Counted from the first letter of the stretch, positions 31,144 through 41,910 are shown. The stretch: DNA of 64,000 nucleotides from Rhodoferax sp. (GCF_030646845.1 NZ_JAUSLE010000031.1:31892-95891); one strand, 5' to 3'. Numbers and translations: made by a program. Notes: generated by a model from the sequence alone, not told the origin.

Positions 31144-31680
31144 ATGGCCAAACGCGCTTTACCCCTGTCCCGGGTCTACGGTCTTCTCGAACCCGGTCCC
31201 GTGGTGCTGCTGAGCACCATGCACAAGGACCAGGCGAACGTCATGACAATGTCATGGCACACCATGATGGAATTCGAGCCACCACTTGTCGGTTGCGTCG
31301 TCAGCGGCCATGACTTCAGCTTCACTGCGTTAAAGACCACACGGCAATGCGTGCTCAACATCCCGACGGTGGAGCTGGCAAAGAAGGTGGTGGCCTGCGG
31401 CAACACCTCGGGCCAACAGGTCGACAAGTTCGAAGCCTTCGGCCTGACTGCTGCACCAGCTGCATTGGTCGACGCCCCGCTGATTGCCGAGTGCTACGCC
31501 AATCTGGAGTGCCGCGTGGTCGACACCCGACTGGTAAATCGCTACAACTTCTTCGTGCTTGAGGTGCTCAAGGCCTGGATCGACCCGGCCTGCAAGGACC
31601 CGCGTACCCTGCATCACCGGGGACGCGGCGCTTTCATGGTGGCCGGCGACACAATCAGACTGCCATCGAAGATGCGCTGA
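31144..31680 (+). CDS. Flavin reductase-like protein
   Basis: LLEPGPVVL, NVMTMSWH, CGNTSG..VDKF and LHHRG motifs. Confidence 0.88.
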   Translation: MAKRALPLSRVYGLLEPGPVVLLSTMHKDQANVMTMSWHTMMEFEPPLVGCVVSGHDFSFTALKTTRQCVLNIPTVELAKKVVACGNTSGQQVDKFEAFGLTAAPAALVDAPLIAECYANLECRVVDTRLVNRYNFFVLEVLKAWIDPACKDPRTLHHRGRGAFMVAGDTIRLPSKMR

Positions 31681-31716
31681 TCAGGGGGCGCCCGCTGCGC
31701 CTTCGCCGGGGTCGGG

Positions 31717-33231
31717 TCAGTCAAAACTGCATTCAAAGTACAAACCGCGCGGATGGCGTTGCACGGATGCCAGGAAGCGCTGCCGGGCGGCGCTCGACAG
31801 CCCCGACAGCTGCCGCTCGGTCGGGATCTTTCCATCGGACTGCAGCAGGCGCCCCCCGGTCTTCTCCTTGAGCCGGTTGACCAGTGGCGCAAACGGCATG
31901 TTCATCCACCGGTTCTTGACAGCTTGCTCCTTGAACACGGGAATGAACGCCACCAGGTCTTCGCTGGTCATTTGTTCCAGACCCAATGTCCGTAGCGTCG
32001 CGTTGTGACTGCCATGATGGCCGACTTTGTAGAACACGGTTCTGGACAACAGCTCCGGGCCGGTCACCTCCACCGAACCGCCCGGTGACTTGACACGCCA
32101 TCTGAGGTCCTGCCATGACAACCAGTTACCGACTTGTGCGTCGGCCGGGAACAGGAACACTTCGCCAGTGTCCTCGAACTCGAACGCCAGCACGACACAG
32201 GTGTTGTTGGTATGGGTGTCCAGATTGAGCGCCAGCGTTTCGGCCGCCTGTGTCCAGTCGTCTTCGATCCGGCGCCACTCTTGACCCTCTTTGTTCCAGG
32301 TGGCTGCTATCAGGGCATCCAGCTCGCGCGACCCCCGGGGCACCGTGTTGCCTCCCGGCTTGACACCTGCATCAAAAGGGCAGTCATTGCATAACGCGCC
32401 GGTGTCATCACCAACCGCCATCCGGCCAAATGCAGCGCCCAAACTCATCGCAACATTCGCTTCAGCCGCGAGCTCATACACCTCACGCCCTTTCATGCCC
32501 GGTGCACTTTTCTTGATCAGGGATTCGTCTTGAGGTGGGCCCAGCACGAATGCCCTGGCCTGCTCAACGCCACGCAAGGGCATCGGCGCCTTGTCGGGAT
32601 ACAGATACCGGGTCTTCACGCCTCTTCGCTTCATGAGATAGTCGAACGCCGAGCGGGTGCGCTGAATGGGTTGGCCGGCGGCAAGGTCTGTCGAGGCCCG
32701 CTCAACACCAAAAAATCCCAGCATGGACGCCAGGCCCTTCGCCCGCTCTTGCGCGGCAAGGCTAGGCGAACGCTCCAGCGCCAGCGTGGCCATCGCAAGT
32801 GCCTGAACCTTGTCAGCGCGTTCTCTGCGCAACCGTTTGCCCAATTCATTCTGCGGGTCCTCGGTCCAGCCGTACCAGACTTCACCAATGTCGATCCTGT
32901 CAAAGAGGGATTGGGCCTGCTGTTCGGAAAACCCGGACGCATGATCCCAATGCTCATGGGTCATCACGACGACATCCAGCCGGCCACCACAGGCCGTGGC
33001 AATATCGTCAACGACGCTCTTCATGGTGGCCGCGGCGCCACTCGCCACAGTGATGATGCCGCAGTCGATCAGCACGTTGAACGTGGTGCCGTCGGACTTT
33101 GCGAACCGCAGGAGCAGACAATCTCCCAGCCCGTGGGCGTACAGGCGGATCCGCAGCCGGGGTTCGGTCGGTTTTTTTACTTTCGCCGCAGTGCGAGCGG
33201 TGGTCCTCTTTGCCGTGGCGCTGGTTCCCAT
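31717..33231 (-). CDS. MBL-fold metallohydrolase 1 (ComEC-like, putative nuclease)
   Basis: GLGDC, LIDCG, THEHWDH, NNTC, FPADAQ and YKVGHHGSHNAT motifs. Confidence 0.85.
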   Translation of the reverse strand: MGTSATAKRTTARTAAKVKKPTEPRLRIRLYAHGLGDCLLLRFAKSDGTTFNVLIDCGIITVASGAAATMKSVVDDIATACGGRLDVVVMTHEHWDHASGFSEQQAQSLFDRIDIGEVWYGWTEDPQNELGKRLRRERADKVQALAMATLALERSPSLAAQERAKGLASMLGFFGVERASTDLAAGQPIQRTRSAFDYLMKRRGVKTRYLYPDKAPMPLRGVEQARAFVLGPPQDESLIKKSAPGMKGREVYELAAEANVAMSLGAAFGRMAVGDDTGALCNDCPFDAGVKPGGNTVPRGSRELDALIAATWNKEGQEWRRIEDDWTQAAETLALNLDTHTNNTCVVLAFEFEDTGEVFLFPADAQVGNWLSWQDLRWRVKSPGGSVEVTGPELLSRTVFYKVGHHGSHNATLRTLGLEQMTSEDLVAFIPVFKEQAVKNRWMNMPFAPLVNRLKEKTGGRLLQSDGKIPTERQLSGLSSAARQRFLASVQRHPRGLYFECSFD

Positions 33232-33241
33232 CGCCGACCTC

Positions 33242-35185
33242 CTAGTTCTCGCCGTGCAGCATGTAGAAGGGCTCGGCAGCGCGCAAGGCGGTGGTGTCCC
33301 CAAAGTAGGTTTCCCGTAGCGACAGACCTTGCCCCAGCCGGGTCTGTCGGTAGGTCTGGATCGCCGCCAGCCTGGCGGCATCATTGATGGGGCGGGTGAT
33401 CGCGTACCGCAGGGTTGGCGACTCACCTTCCATATCGAAGATGAGCGTGCTGCCGCCGCGAAAATCAAACGTCCCGTTGGCCGGTATCTCGGGATCGATG
33501 GGCATGTCCTTCAGCCACTGTGTCATCGAGATGATCAGCTGTTTCATGATCTGCCCGTCGGGGGTCACGCGCAAGGTCGGCAGCACCGAATGAACCTCAA
33601 AGGACGGCAGTCCCGATGGCCGGAAACTCAGGCCCGGCAAACCGGCGTCACGGTTCATGTTCAGTCCCGTCACCTTCATGAAATTCTCGCGCTGCAGGGT
33701 CATGTTTTCTTCCAGCACACCCCGGAGATATTCATGGGCCTTGAGCCGGGCCTCTGTCAGATGATTGAACACCTTCTCCCGATCCTGCAGATAGAGGGAC
33801 GCACTGATCAAGTCCTTCAGCTCAACCGCCAGCGCAGCCAGTGCATTCCATTGCATGCCGTCGGAGTCTTCATACTCCAGGCGCGCATAGGGCCAGCGGA
33901 GTTGTTCTTCCGAGAGGGTTTTCAGCCCTTGCGGAATGATTCCCCAACGCCGGAATGACTCGATCAAGGCAACCCGATAGCCGTACTTGTCGTTGGCGAC
34001 CATGTCGTAATCTGCCGTGATCAGCGCGCGCAGGTAATCGCCGTAGGTGATGTCAAACGGCGGACAGTAGTCGAGGGCGCGTATGCACATGCTGAGGAAA
34101 TGATGCGCCGCCCTGGTCGCCTCGTTCGCGAGGGCGTCCACCAGATTCGGATGCAGCGCGCCCTGCGGCAGGATGCCCGAGCCGGCGCTGGCCAGCGCGA
34201 TGATGCCCTTGGTCCGCACCTTGTAGATCGCGAGGAATGCGGAGAACATGGCGGCTACCAGAATGGAGCCCCGTTCATGTGGTTCGGTCGCGTCCCGCAG
34301 GCGATCCGGGTTGGGCACGACCAGCTTCCACTTGCCGTCGCGATCGGGTTCACCGATAGCGTTGCGCAGGGCGCCGTAACGGCCCGTCGCCTCGCCGAAC
34401 TGCTGGGCAAGCTCACCCAGCAGCGACTGGGTCTCCAGGTCGCCGCGGGTGCGGGCGATCTGGTGCCTGAGAACCTCGGGAAAGGTGAAATGCTGAAACA
34501 GCGCAACGAGGTCGGCGAAGGCTTCGTGAAAGGCCAGCGTATCCGGATGGTTGTCCTCCACGTATCGGCGATGCATGCCGTCCAGCAGCGCATGGGTAGT
34601 TTCATGCGCCACGATGTCTTGCGACAGGCAGCTGAAGACGGTGCCCGTCTGGCCCTGAAAGTAGCCAAACAGAAGCGCTTTTTTCTCCGGACTGTAGTAA
34701 GCGTTGGCCGCGCGCAGGGCATGGGGATAGATCCGCAAGGTCCTGACAAAGCTGTCACGTTGGCCAGATTCAGCCTCCGGGTTGGTCTGGGGCGACCACA
34801 ACACCTGCCGGCCCAGCGCCTGCTCGAAGTGGTTGATCGTGTTCATGGCCACGGCATAGACCATCTGCTGATGAAATTGCGGATTTCCTTCGGAAGGCGC
34901 CAGCCCATCCTGCGCAAGGAGATTGGTCGCATTCAGATCGACCGGCTCATACCAGCAGGCGCTGGCGGGGTCGTAGTCAATGACCTCAACATACTCACCC
35001 CTGGGCCCCGGCTTCAGGTAGCGCTCCCACGGGATCTCGAACACTGCGTGGTTGATGGCCGCCGTCTCCAGCCTGATGGACAGGCTGGGGTCAAATGCAT
35101 AACCCCTGAGGCGGCGAAAAGGTGGCCGGTTGGCCAGCTGATCAGGCGGGTCGTAGCGGTATTCGGCGCTTGAAAAGGCCATCAT
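33242..35185 (-). CDS. M4/M36-like gluzincin metalloprotease without signal peptide
   Basis: NAYY; DIVAHETTH (HExxH); FHEAFAD (ExxxD); EPHERG. Confidence 0.82.
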   Translation of the reverse strand: MMAFSSAEYRYDPPDQLANRPPFRRLRGYAFDPSLSIRLETAAINHAVFEIPWERYLKPGPRGEYVEVIDYDPASACWYEPVDLNATNLLAQDGLAPSEGNPQFHQQMVYAVAMNTINHFEQALGRQVLWSPQTNPEAESGQRDSFVRTLRIYPHALRAANAYYSPEKKALLFGYFQGQTGTVFSCLSQDIVAHETTHALLDGMHRRYVEDNHPDTLAFHEAFADLVALFQHFTFPEVLRHQIARTRGDLETQSLLGELAQQFGEATGRYGALRNAIGEPDRDGKWKLVVPNPDRLRDATEPHERGSILVAAMFSAFLAIYKVRTKGIIALASAGSGILPQGALHPNLVDALANEATRAAHHFLSMCIRALDYCPPFDITYGDYLRALITADYDMVANDKYGYRVALIESFRRWGIIPQGLKTLSEEQLRWPYARLEYEDSDGMQWNALAALAVELKDLISASLYLQDREKVFNHLTEARLKAHEYLRGVLEENMTLQRENFMKVTGLNMNRDAGLPGLSFRPSGLPSFEVHSVLPTLRVTPDGQIMKQLIISMTQWLKDMPIDPEIPANGTFDFRGGSTLIFDMEGESPTLRYAITRPINDAARLAAIQTYRQTRLGQGLSLRETYFGDTTALRAAEPFYMLHGEN

Positions 35186-35216
35186 GGGCAGGGTGTCCTT
35201 CCCGCGTGGGCGGGCG

Positions 35217-36227
35217 TCATGGAATCAGCTCGGGCGCGTAGGCCCTGATGCGGGACTCGACCAGGGCGCCGCCATGGCGCACCAACACGGCCCTTTGAGC
35301 CGCATTGAGCGCCATCAGATTGGTCGCAATCGAACTGGCAAACTGCGCATCGCCGTCTTGCGCCTGCCCGAGCGTGCTGTCGATGGAGAACCACATGGGT
35401 TTGGGCCCCAGCGCGGATTTGTGACGATGCTCCATGCGGTCGAACTCTAGTCCCCGGATCTGCTCCATCATGATGTCGAGCGCCGCTTTCAGGACCATGG
35501 CACCGGACTCGGTTGGCTGTGCATCATTGGCGAAGGGCTTGCCACCATCGCTGACGATCAGGTAGTCGAGGGCGTTGCGCGCACGCAGGGCCGGGTTCAC
35601 GCCCATGTTGTCGTAGACACCGCCGTCTGCCAGCGTGACATAGTCGACCTGGGCGGCGGGGACGTATTCCGACGATTCAAGTCGCAATGGGGGAAACACA
35701 GGGGGAAAGGCAGACGATGCGGCAACGGCTCTTGCCAGGCTGAAGTCAGAACCATGGACGACACCCAGTTCATGCTCCCCCATTTCTTCCGGACCGGCGC
35801 CACCGGCGACAAAAAAGAACATGTTGCCGGTCGCCAGGTTGGTGGCGTTGAGATAGATCCGGGGCCCCGCCCGCAGCGCGCTCAGCCGGGCGCCCTTGAA
35901 GAGATCGCGGTCATAGGTGCCAGCCAGCTTGTCCAGGCGGCTTTCGAACGGATCCAGAATGCCGCCGATGACGGAACTGACGGCGATGGACCGGGTCGCC
36001 AGGTAGTTTTCAAGCTCGTCAAGCACCGTGGCCTTGCCCCAGTTCAGCGCGACGAAGGCGCCTGCGATGCTTCCGCCACTCACGCAGGACAGCAGGTCCA
36101 GGGAGGAAAACAGTCCGAGGCTCTGCAGTTTTCGCATGACGCCCAGATGGAATGCTGCCGCGCGAAAGCCGCCGCCAGACAAAGCCAGACCAATTCTGCG
36201 TTGTTGACCGTTGATGCTGATGGTCAT
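35217..36227 (-). CDS. Soluble patatin-like phospholipase
   Basis: LSGGGFRA, SCVSGGS, ASSAFP and DGGVYDN motifs. Confidence 0.88.
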   Translation of the reverse strand: MTISINGQQRRIGLALSGGGFRAAAFHLGVMRKLQSLGLFSSLDLLSCVSGGSIAGAFVALNWGKATVLDELENYLATRSIAVSSVIGGILDPFESRLDKLAGTYDRDLFKGARLSALRAGPRIYLNATNLATGNMFFFVAGGAGPEEMGEHELGVVHGSDFSLARAVAASSAFPPVFPPLRLESSEYVPAAQVDYVTLADGGVYDNMGVNPALRARNALDYLIVSDGGKPFANDAQPTESGAMVLKAALDIMMEQIRGLEFDRMEHRHKSALGPKPMWFSIDSTLGQAQDGDAQFASSIATNLMALNAAQRAVLVRHGGALVESRIRAYAPELIP

Positions 36228-36256
36228 TTTTTCCCCCTGCTGAAACTGCCACGAGA

Positions 36257-36311
36257 AGCCAACTGCACTCTATGACCGGGGTTACGCCATGGCTTGATAT
36301 TTCGCAAACGC
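36257..36311 (-). promoter_or_regulatory. Duplicated upstream element A: FNR/CRP-like box (36294-36307) and TAGAGT -10
   Basis: 45/55 nt identical to 41761-41815; box TTGATATTTCGCAA. Confidence 0.7.
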
Positions 36312-36535
36312 AACGCACATCCCATCGCCGTACAGGGGCCGCCACGATTGACAGCGGCAGTCCGATATGGAGATACTGAAAAACCGTCATTGAACTGCCG
36401 CGCCGCGTCGCCACACGTCAGCGGGTTTTTACATTGCCGGACTCGCGCATGCCCTCCCCTGCATCTGCCAGGGAGTGGCGTGTCCACGCCAACCGGCCGC
36501 AGAAGAATTGCAGCGGCTCCACGAGGGACAGCATC

Positions 36536-37441
<906 letters not shown>

Positions 37442-37450
37442 GGCAATTCA

Positions 37451-37469
37451 CCCGGCGCCAGGCGCCGGG
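37451..37469. terminator. GC hairpin between the convergent caspase and MBL genes
   Basis: cccggcgcc-a-ggcgccggg; no U-tract. Confidence 0.35.
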
Positions 37470-37470
37470 G

Positions 37471-38679
37471 TCAGAGCAGGAGCGACAGGCCCTTGGGGTG
37501 GAATGCCTCGTAGCGGCGCGCCTGCTGGTCCGCGGGATCGCTCCACGCCAGGGTGGTTTCCGTCAGGTAGTTGAAGTGCAAGCGCGGCTTGCCCGGGCCA
37601 GCGTGTTCGCTCAGGAGCAGTAAAAGCGCGCGCGCGTGCGGGTGGCGGAACACAGCGCCGCTGGTGGACACGAGGTAGTGCTGGCAGCGCAGCCTGCCCA
37701 GCAATGAGGCGCTCATGTTGGCGACGCTGCCATGGTGCGGCAGCTTGAAACCGGTGAGCGAAAGCCGCTTGTCCTGCCCCGGTACCAACTGCTTCACCGA
37801 GGCTTCCAGCACCGAAGGCCAGGCATCGCCAGCGAGCAGGAACCGCACCTTCGGCTGCTCTTTCGGGTATTCGAGCAGCACCGCAATGCTGCTGCCGTTG
37901 GCACGACTGGCGTCGCCGCCGAACGCCGCGTCCGCGCCGGCCTCGCCGTCGCCGCCACCGAGCGTGTCGTCCAGCCCCGCCGCGAGGTCGTGACCGGCGG
38001 GGTCCGGCAGTTCGAAGCGTCCCTCGATGGACTCGCCGTCCGTGCCCAGCACATCACCGAGCGGGCGCAGATTGCGCGCCTCTTCCAGCGCGTGCCGCAA
38101 GGCCGCTTCGTCCCCCGATGCCACGCCCGCCTTGCGCAACTCGTCGCGCCAGCGGTCCTTGAGTTCGAGCAGGCGCTCATGGTCGGGCGACAGCAGCGTC
38201 AGGCGGCAGTCACCCGGCAGATCAACCACCGGCAGTGTGCCGGCCGCGCGGTCGATCGCCGCCAGGGCAGCCGGCAGGCCGGCGTTCCACACCTGCTGGC
38301 CGGTTCGCTTTTCATAGTCGGCGATCAGCATGCCCAGCATTTCACCCTGCAGCGCACCCAGCGGCGCGCCCGCCGGATCGAACACCTGGTCCAGTTGCTC
38401 GCGGCCGTTGAACCAGATGCGCTCGAAGCGGCAGTTCAGCGCCTCGGCGTCCTGCAGCAGGCGCACGACGCCTTCAATGTGATCAGCGTCGATGTGGGTG
38501 ATGATGAGCAGCTCGAAATGCCGCTCATCGGCTGGCAGGTGCAGGATGCGCTCGCGCAGCGCCGGGTAAGTGTGCGCCGGCCCGCCATCGATGAGAATGC
38601 GCCGGGCCTGCTGCCCGCTGCCATACTCGATCCACAGACAGTCGCCATGCGCGGCGGGCAGCATCTCGATACGGAACAT
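37471..38679 (-). CDS. MBL-fold metallohydrolase 2 (Avs1a/ComEC-like, putative nuclease)
   Basis: LPAAHGDC, ILIDGG, THIDADH, NGSS, LAGDA, KLPHHGS and STSG...HP motifs. Confidence 0.85.
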   Translation of the reverse strand: MFRIEMLPAAHGDCLWIEYGSGQQARRILIDGGPAHTYPALRERILHLPADERHFELLIITHIDADHIEGVVRLLQDAEALNCRFERIWFNGREQLDQVFDPAGAPLGALQGEMLGMLIADYEKRTGQQVWNAGLPAALAAIDRAAGTLPVVDLPGDCRLTLLSPDHERLLELKDRWRDELRKAGVASGDEAALRHALEEARNLRPLGDVLGTDGESIEGRFELPDPAGHDLAAGLDDTLGGGDGEAGADAAFGGDASRANGSSIAVLLEYPKEQPKVRFLLAGDAWPSVLEASVKQLVPGQDKRLSLTGFKLPHHGSVANMSASLLGRLRCQHYLVSTSGAVFRHPHARALLLLLSEHAGPGKPRLHFNYLTETTLAWSDPADQQARRYEAFHPKGLSLLL

Positions 38680-38700
38680 GAATCTTCTCCCGATGCAATG

Positions 38701-41676
38701 TCAAGGCTGGCCAACCGCCGCTCGCGGTGTCAGACGCCATTCGGCATCACCGAGCGCGACCAGACACAGCGCCATCAGGTAGCCACGCGACAGCATGCGG
38801 CGGCGCACGCGGCGCATGATCGTGCCGAAATCAGCCTGCGCATCCGCCACAGCCACAAGTTCGGCGACCAGTTCCCGCGCCAGCGGCGCCGCATGGCGGC
38901 CCAGGATCTGTGCCAGGGTGCCGAGCACGATGGACGCGTGCTGCTGCTGGATGAGCTGCGTCATCTCACCGTAGCCGGTTTCGGTCTCGCCCGCCGTCTG
39001 GCAGCCCAGCAGCAGCACGATTGGCCCAGGATCGCGGCCGTCCAGATTGACGTACTGCCGGTCGATCTGCCCACGGCTCAACTTGCCGAGATCCTCAGCC
39101 AGCTTCTCATCGCCAATTTCCAGGTAGTCGAGTGCCGCCTGGATGCCATGGTGCGGCAGCAGCATCAGCAGCGCGGGATGCTGTTTCATTGCCGTCTTCC
39201 ACTGGCTCCAGTCATCGGCCAGGAACAGGTGCGTGAAGCTTTGCTGCAATGCCGCCTGCGTCGCCCGCCTTTCTTCCTCCGGAACCAGATGGCTGCTGGC
39301 GAAGGCAACCGAATCGATCACTGGCAGGCTGCGCCGACCGACCGCGGGCGACGACGCCTGCGCGGCATCGCCCGGGGCCACGTGCTCGATGATCTTGCGC
39401 AGCGACCAGAAACCGAAGGGGCAGATGACAGGCGCGTTGCTGCGCTGATCGTCCGGCGCCGGTAGGGCGCAAACGGGGCATGCGTCGTGCCCGGACTTCA
39501 GGGCCTGCAGGCCCGGCTCGCAGAGCTTGGCCGCACTGATGGGATAACCGCGGTCGTAGACGAACTCCAGCGGCACGTAGGTCCGGGGCTCGTGGTTCAG
39601 CACCTGGATGCGATCGCCCGGATCCGTGAAGCCCTGGCTCATCAGCTGGTTGTACATGCCGGCCCCGTGTCGCGCCATGTCGCGCAGCAGCGTGCGAACG
39701 TCGGGGTCGTCGGAATCGAACACGTCCGGCGCGCCGCCACCAGCGCCTTGCCCCGTGCTGGCCGGCCCCTTGGTCGCCTGCCGCCGCACGACCAGCTTCT
39801 CGGTGGTGAAGAGCGTCTCGTTCAGCCACTTGATCGCCACCCTGGCATCGCTGAGGTCGAAGCCTTTGCCGCGTTCGCCGCCGAATACGCGCAGGCTCGA
39901 AGGCGCCGGTGCGGCAGTGTCCTGCCCCTGACGCGGGCGGTCGTCACCAACGACGATAACGGCATCCACCGGCTGGCTGTCCGGCAGTTCGATCACCTGG
40001 CGGCGACTGGCCTGTACCCGGACCCTGACTTCGTGCTGAGGCCCCTGCACCTCATCGGCTGCCAGCGCGAACGCCTCCAGGCGCACGGCCTCGAACGTGC
40101 GACCGCGGTACAGAAACAGGATCTCGGCGCTGACGTAGCGCTCACCCTCGGGCACATGGATGTGCAGGTCGCAGTCCCCGCTGCGCGCGGTGCGATCGGG
40201 CGGCAGCAGCGCCGTCTTGCTGTCGGTATGGTCCTGGCCGCTCCCGTCACGCCATAGCAGCTGAACCGTCAGCAACAAGCCTTCGGGCGGAATGTGCACC
40301 GGCGGGATGGTGCCGTCCGCCACGGCGGCGTCTTTGTCCGGCAGCCCGATCCAGCAACGAATGACGTTGTCGGCGCCGGCGATGAAAGTCTTGCGGACTT
40401 TTCCCTCGTGCAGGATGAACGCATTGACCCTGCGTTGCTCGACATCCGCCATTTCCCCTGGCGCCGCCATCGCTGACCCGGCCATCGCCGGTGGCGCCAT
40501 GGACATTGGCGCCATTGCCGGCGGCGCGCTCTTCTTGACCGGTGGTGCTGATTTTCTGGGCGCCATGCTTCCTGCCGCCCGGGAAATCGTGTCATCGATC
40601 AGTTCGCCCTGGCCTGTGGGGGCACTGCCGGCCGGGCCGGCACCACGCACCGGAGAGCCTGCGCGACCGCCCTGGCAATCCGCCGCCGCGCCGAGCAGGT
40701 GCAGGATGCGCAGGCGCTCATTCACGCTGCGCCCGGGCGTCAGCAGGCTGGCAAGCTGGGCGATCAGTTGCTCGGCCGGCGCGCGGGCGATGACCCAGGC
40801 GAACTGGCCATCGTCAGGGGCGGGATGCGGCGCACCCAGGTGCCCGACCGTGAGATCGACCACCGCCGGCGGCCCGGATGCCGGCGCCGGCACGGGCGGC
40901 GGCACTGGTCCCTCCCCCCGCGGCGTGCCTTCGGCATCGGCGATGCCGGTGGCTGCCCACACGGTCAGCCGCAGCAGGCGCTGCGTGGCATGGTCGGGCT
41001 GCTGGTCCGCAGGGGCGGCCTCGAGCCGGGCGAGCTGCGCCAGCAGATGGACACGCATCGGCTCGGGTACGGGCCGGATGCGCGCAATGGCGTCGTAGGC
41101 TGTCCACGGACTGCCCCAAAACAGTCCGGGTTCAGGTGCTGCCCCGGAAAAGAAGGCATCCAGCGGCCCGAACTCACCAAGCCGTGCCAGCACCAGCGCA
41201 CGCCAGAACAGGGGCGCCTCGCCCGGCGCCAGCGCAGGCACGTCAGCCACCTTGATCATGTCTTCAACCGGCATCATCGCCAGCCATTCGAAATTCTCAA
41301 GGCGCCCGATGCGCACCTGCGCCAGCAGCGGCAGGATTCGCGATGGATCGCCCGCCTGGTCGAGCGCTTGCGCAAGCGCGTCGCGGTCGGCCTCGCCGGT
41401 GTCTTCGGCCATGCCGCGCAGATGGTCGCGCAGCGAACGCAGCGGAACGCGCACGGCCAGTGCCAGCGCCTGGCGGCGCGCTGGCGAACCCGCCACCTCG
41501 CCCTGGACAATCCGCCAGTTCACATCGGCGACGCCCTGCCAGGCGGATTTGGTCAGTGGAAATCTGGTGGCCGCGTCCAGCGCGGCAATGCGCACCGCAA
41601 CATCCGGATCGTTGGCCGCAACGGACAACAGCGGCGCCAGGGCATCAGGCGTGAGTTGCTCCGCCATGGCTAACAC
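38701..41676 (-). CDS. HEAT-like N-terminus with C-terminal CHAT-like (caspase clan) protease
   Basis: DPDVAVRIAAL HEAT-like segment; VPLEFVY, FGFW, LLPHHG (His) and VLLLGC (Cys); 5' start uncertain. Confidence 0.7.
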   Translation of the reverse strand: MLAMAEQLTPDALAPLLSVAANDPDVAVRIAALDAATRFPLTKSAWQGVADVNWRIVQGEVAGSPARRQALALAVRVPLRSLRDHLRGMAEDTGEADRDALAQALDQAGDPSRILPLLAQVRIGRLENFEWLAMMPVEDMIKVADVPALAPGEAPLFWRALVLARLGEFGPLDAFFSGAAPEPGLFWGSPWTAYDAIARIRPVPEPMRVHLLAQLARLEAAPADQQPDHATQRLLRLTVWAATGIADAEGTPRGEGPVPPPVPAPASGPPAVVDLTVGHLGAPHPAPDDGQFAWVIARAPAEQLIAQLASLLTPGRSVNERLRILHLLGAAADCQGGRAGSPVRGAGPAGSAPTGQGELIDDTISRAAGSMAPRKSAPPVKKSAPPAMAPMSMAPPAMAGSAMAAPGEMADVEQRRVNAFILHEGKVRKTFIAGADNVIRCWIGLPDKDAAVADGTIPPVHIPPEGLLLTVQLLWRDGSGQDHTDSKTALLPPDRTARSGDCDLHIHVPEGERYVSAEILFLYRGRTFEAVRLEAFALAADEVQGPQHEVRVRVQASRRQVIELPDSQPVDAVIVVGDDRPRQGQDTAAPAPSSLRVFGGERGKGFDLSDARVAIKWLNETLFTTEKLVVRRQATKGPASTGQGAGGGAPDVFDSDDPDVRTLLRDMARHGAGMYNQLMSQGFTDPGDRIQVLNHEPRTYVPLEFVYDRGYPISAAKLCEPGLQALKSGHDACPVCALPAPDDQRSNAPVICPFGFWSLRKIIEHVAPGDAAQASSPAVGRRSLPVIDSVAFASSHLVPEEERRATQAALQQSFTHLFLADDWSQWKTAMKQHPALLMLLPHHGIQAALDYLEIGDEKLAEDLGKLSRGQIDRQYVNLDGRDPGPIVLLLGCQTAGETETGYGEMTQLIQQQHASIVLGTLAQILGRHAAPLARELVAELVAVADAQADFGTIMRRVRRRMLSRGYLMALCLVALGDAEWRLTPRAAVGQP

Positions 41677-41760
41677 TGACGGAACGGTGCAACACCGATT
41701 TCCCGTAGTTCATCGTTGATGGTTTTGAGCACTTTTCCCTCCATGACATCCGGCCCCGCG

Positions 41761-41815
41761 AGCCAGCCTCACTCTATGTCCGGGGCGCCCCGATGGCTTG
41801 ATATTTCGCAATCGC
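41761..41815 (-). promoter_or_regulatory. Duplicated upstream element B: FNR/CRP-like box (41798-41811) and TAGAGT -10
   Basis: 45/55 nt identical to 36257-36311. Confidence 0.7.
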
Positions 41816-41845
41816 GAGGAGGAACAGAGACGGCAATTGATTCAA

Positions 41846-41863
41846 GGGTCATTTTCCTGACAT
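41846..41863 (+). promoter_or_regulatory. Pho box candidate upstream of phoD
   Basis: GGGTCAT-TTTC-CTGACAT, 11-bp direct repeat resembling CTGTCAT-N4-CTGTCAC. Confidence 0.6.
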
Positions 41864-41910
41864 GTTGAACCAAAACAATCCGCTCATCCCTTAAACACTG
41901 GAGAGCCCTG

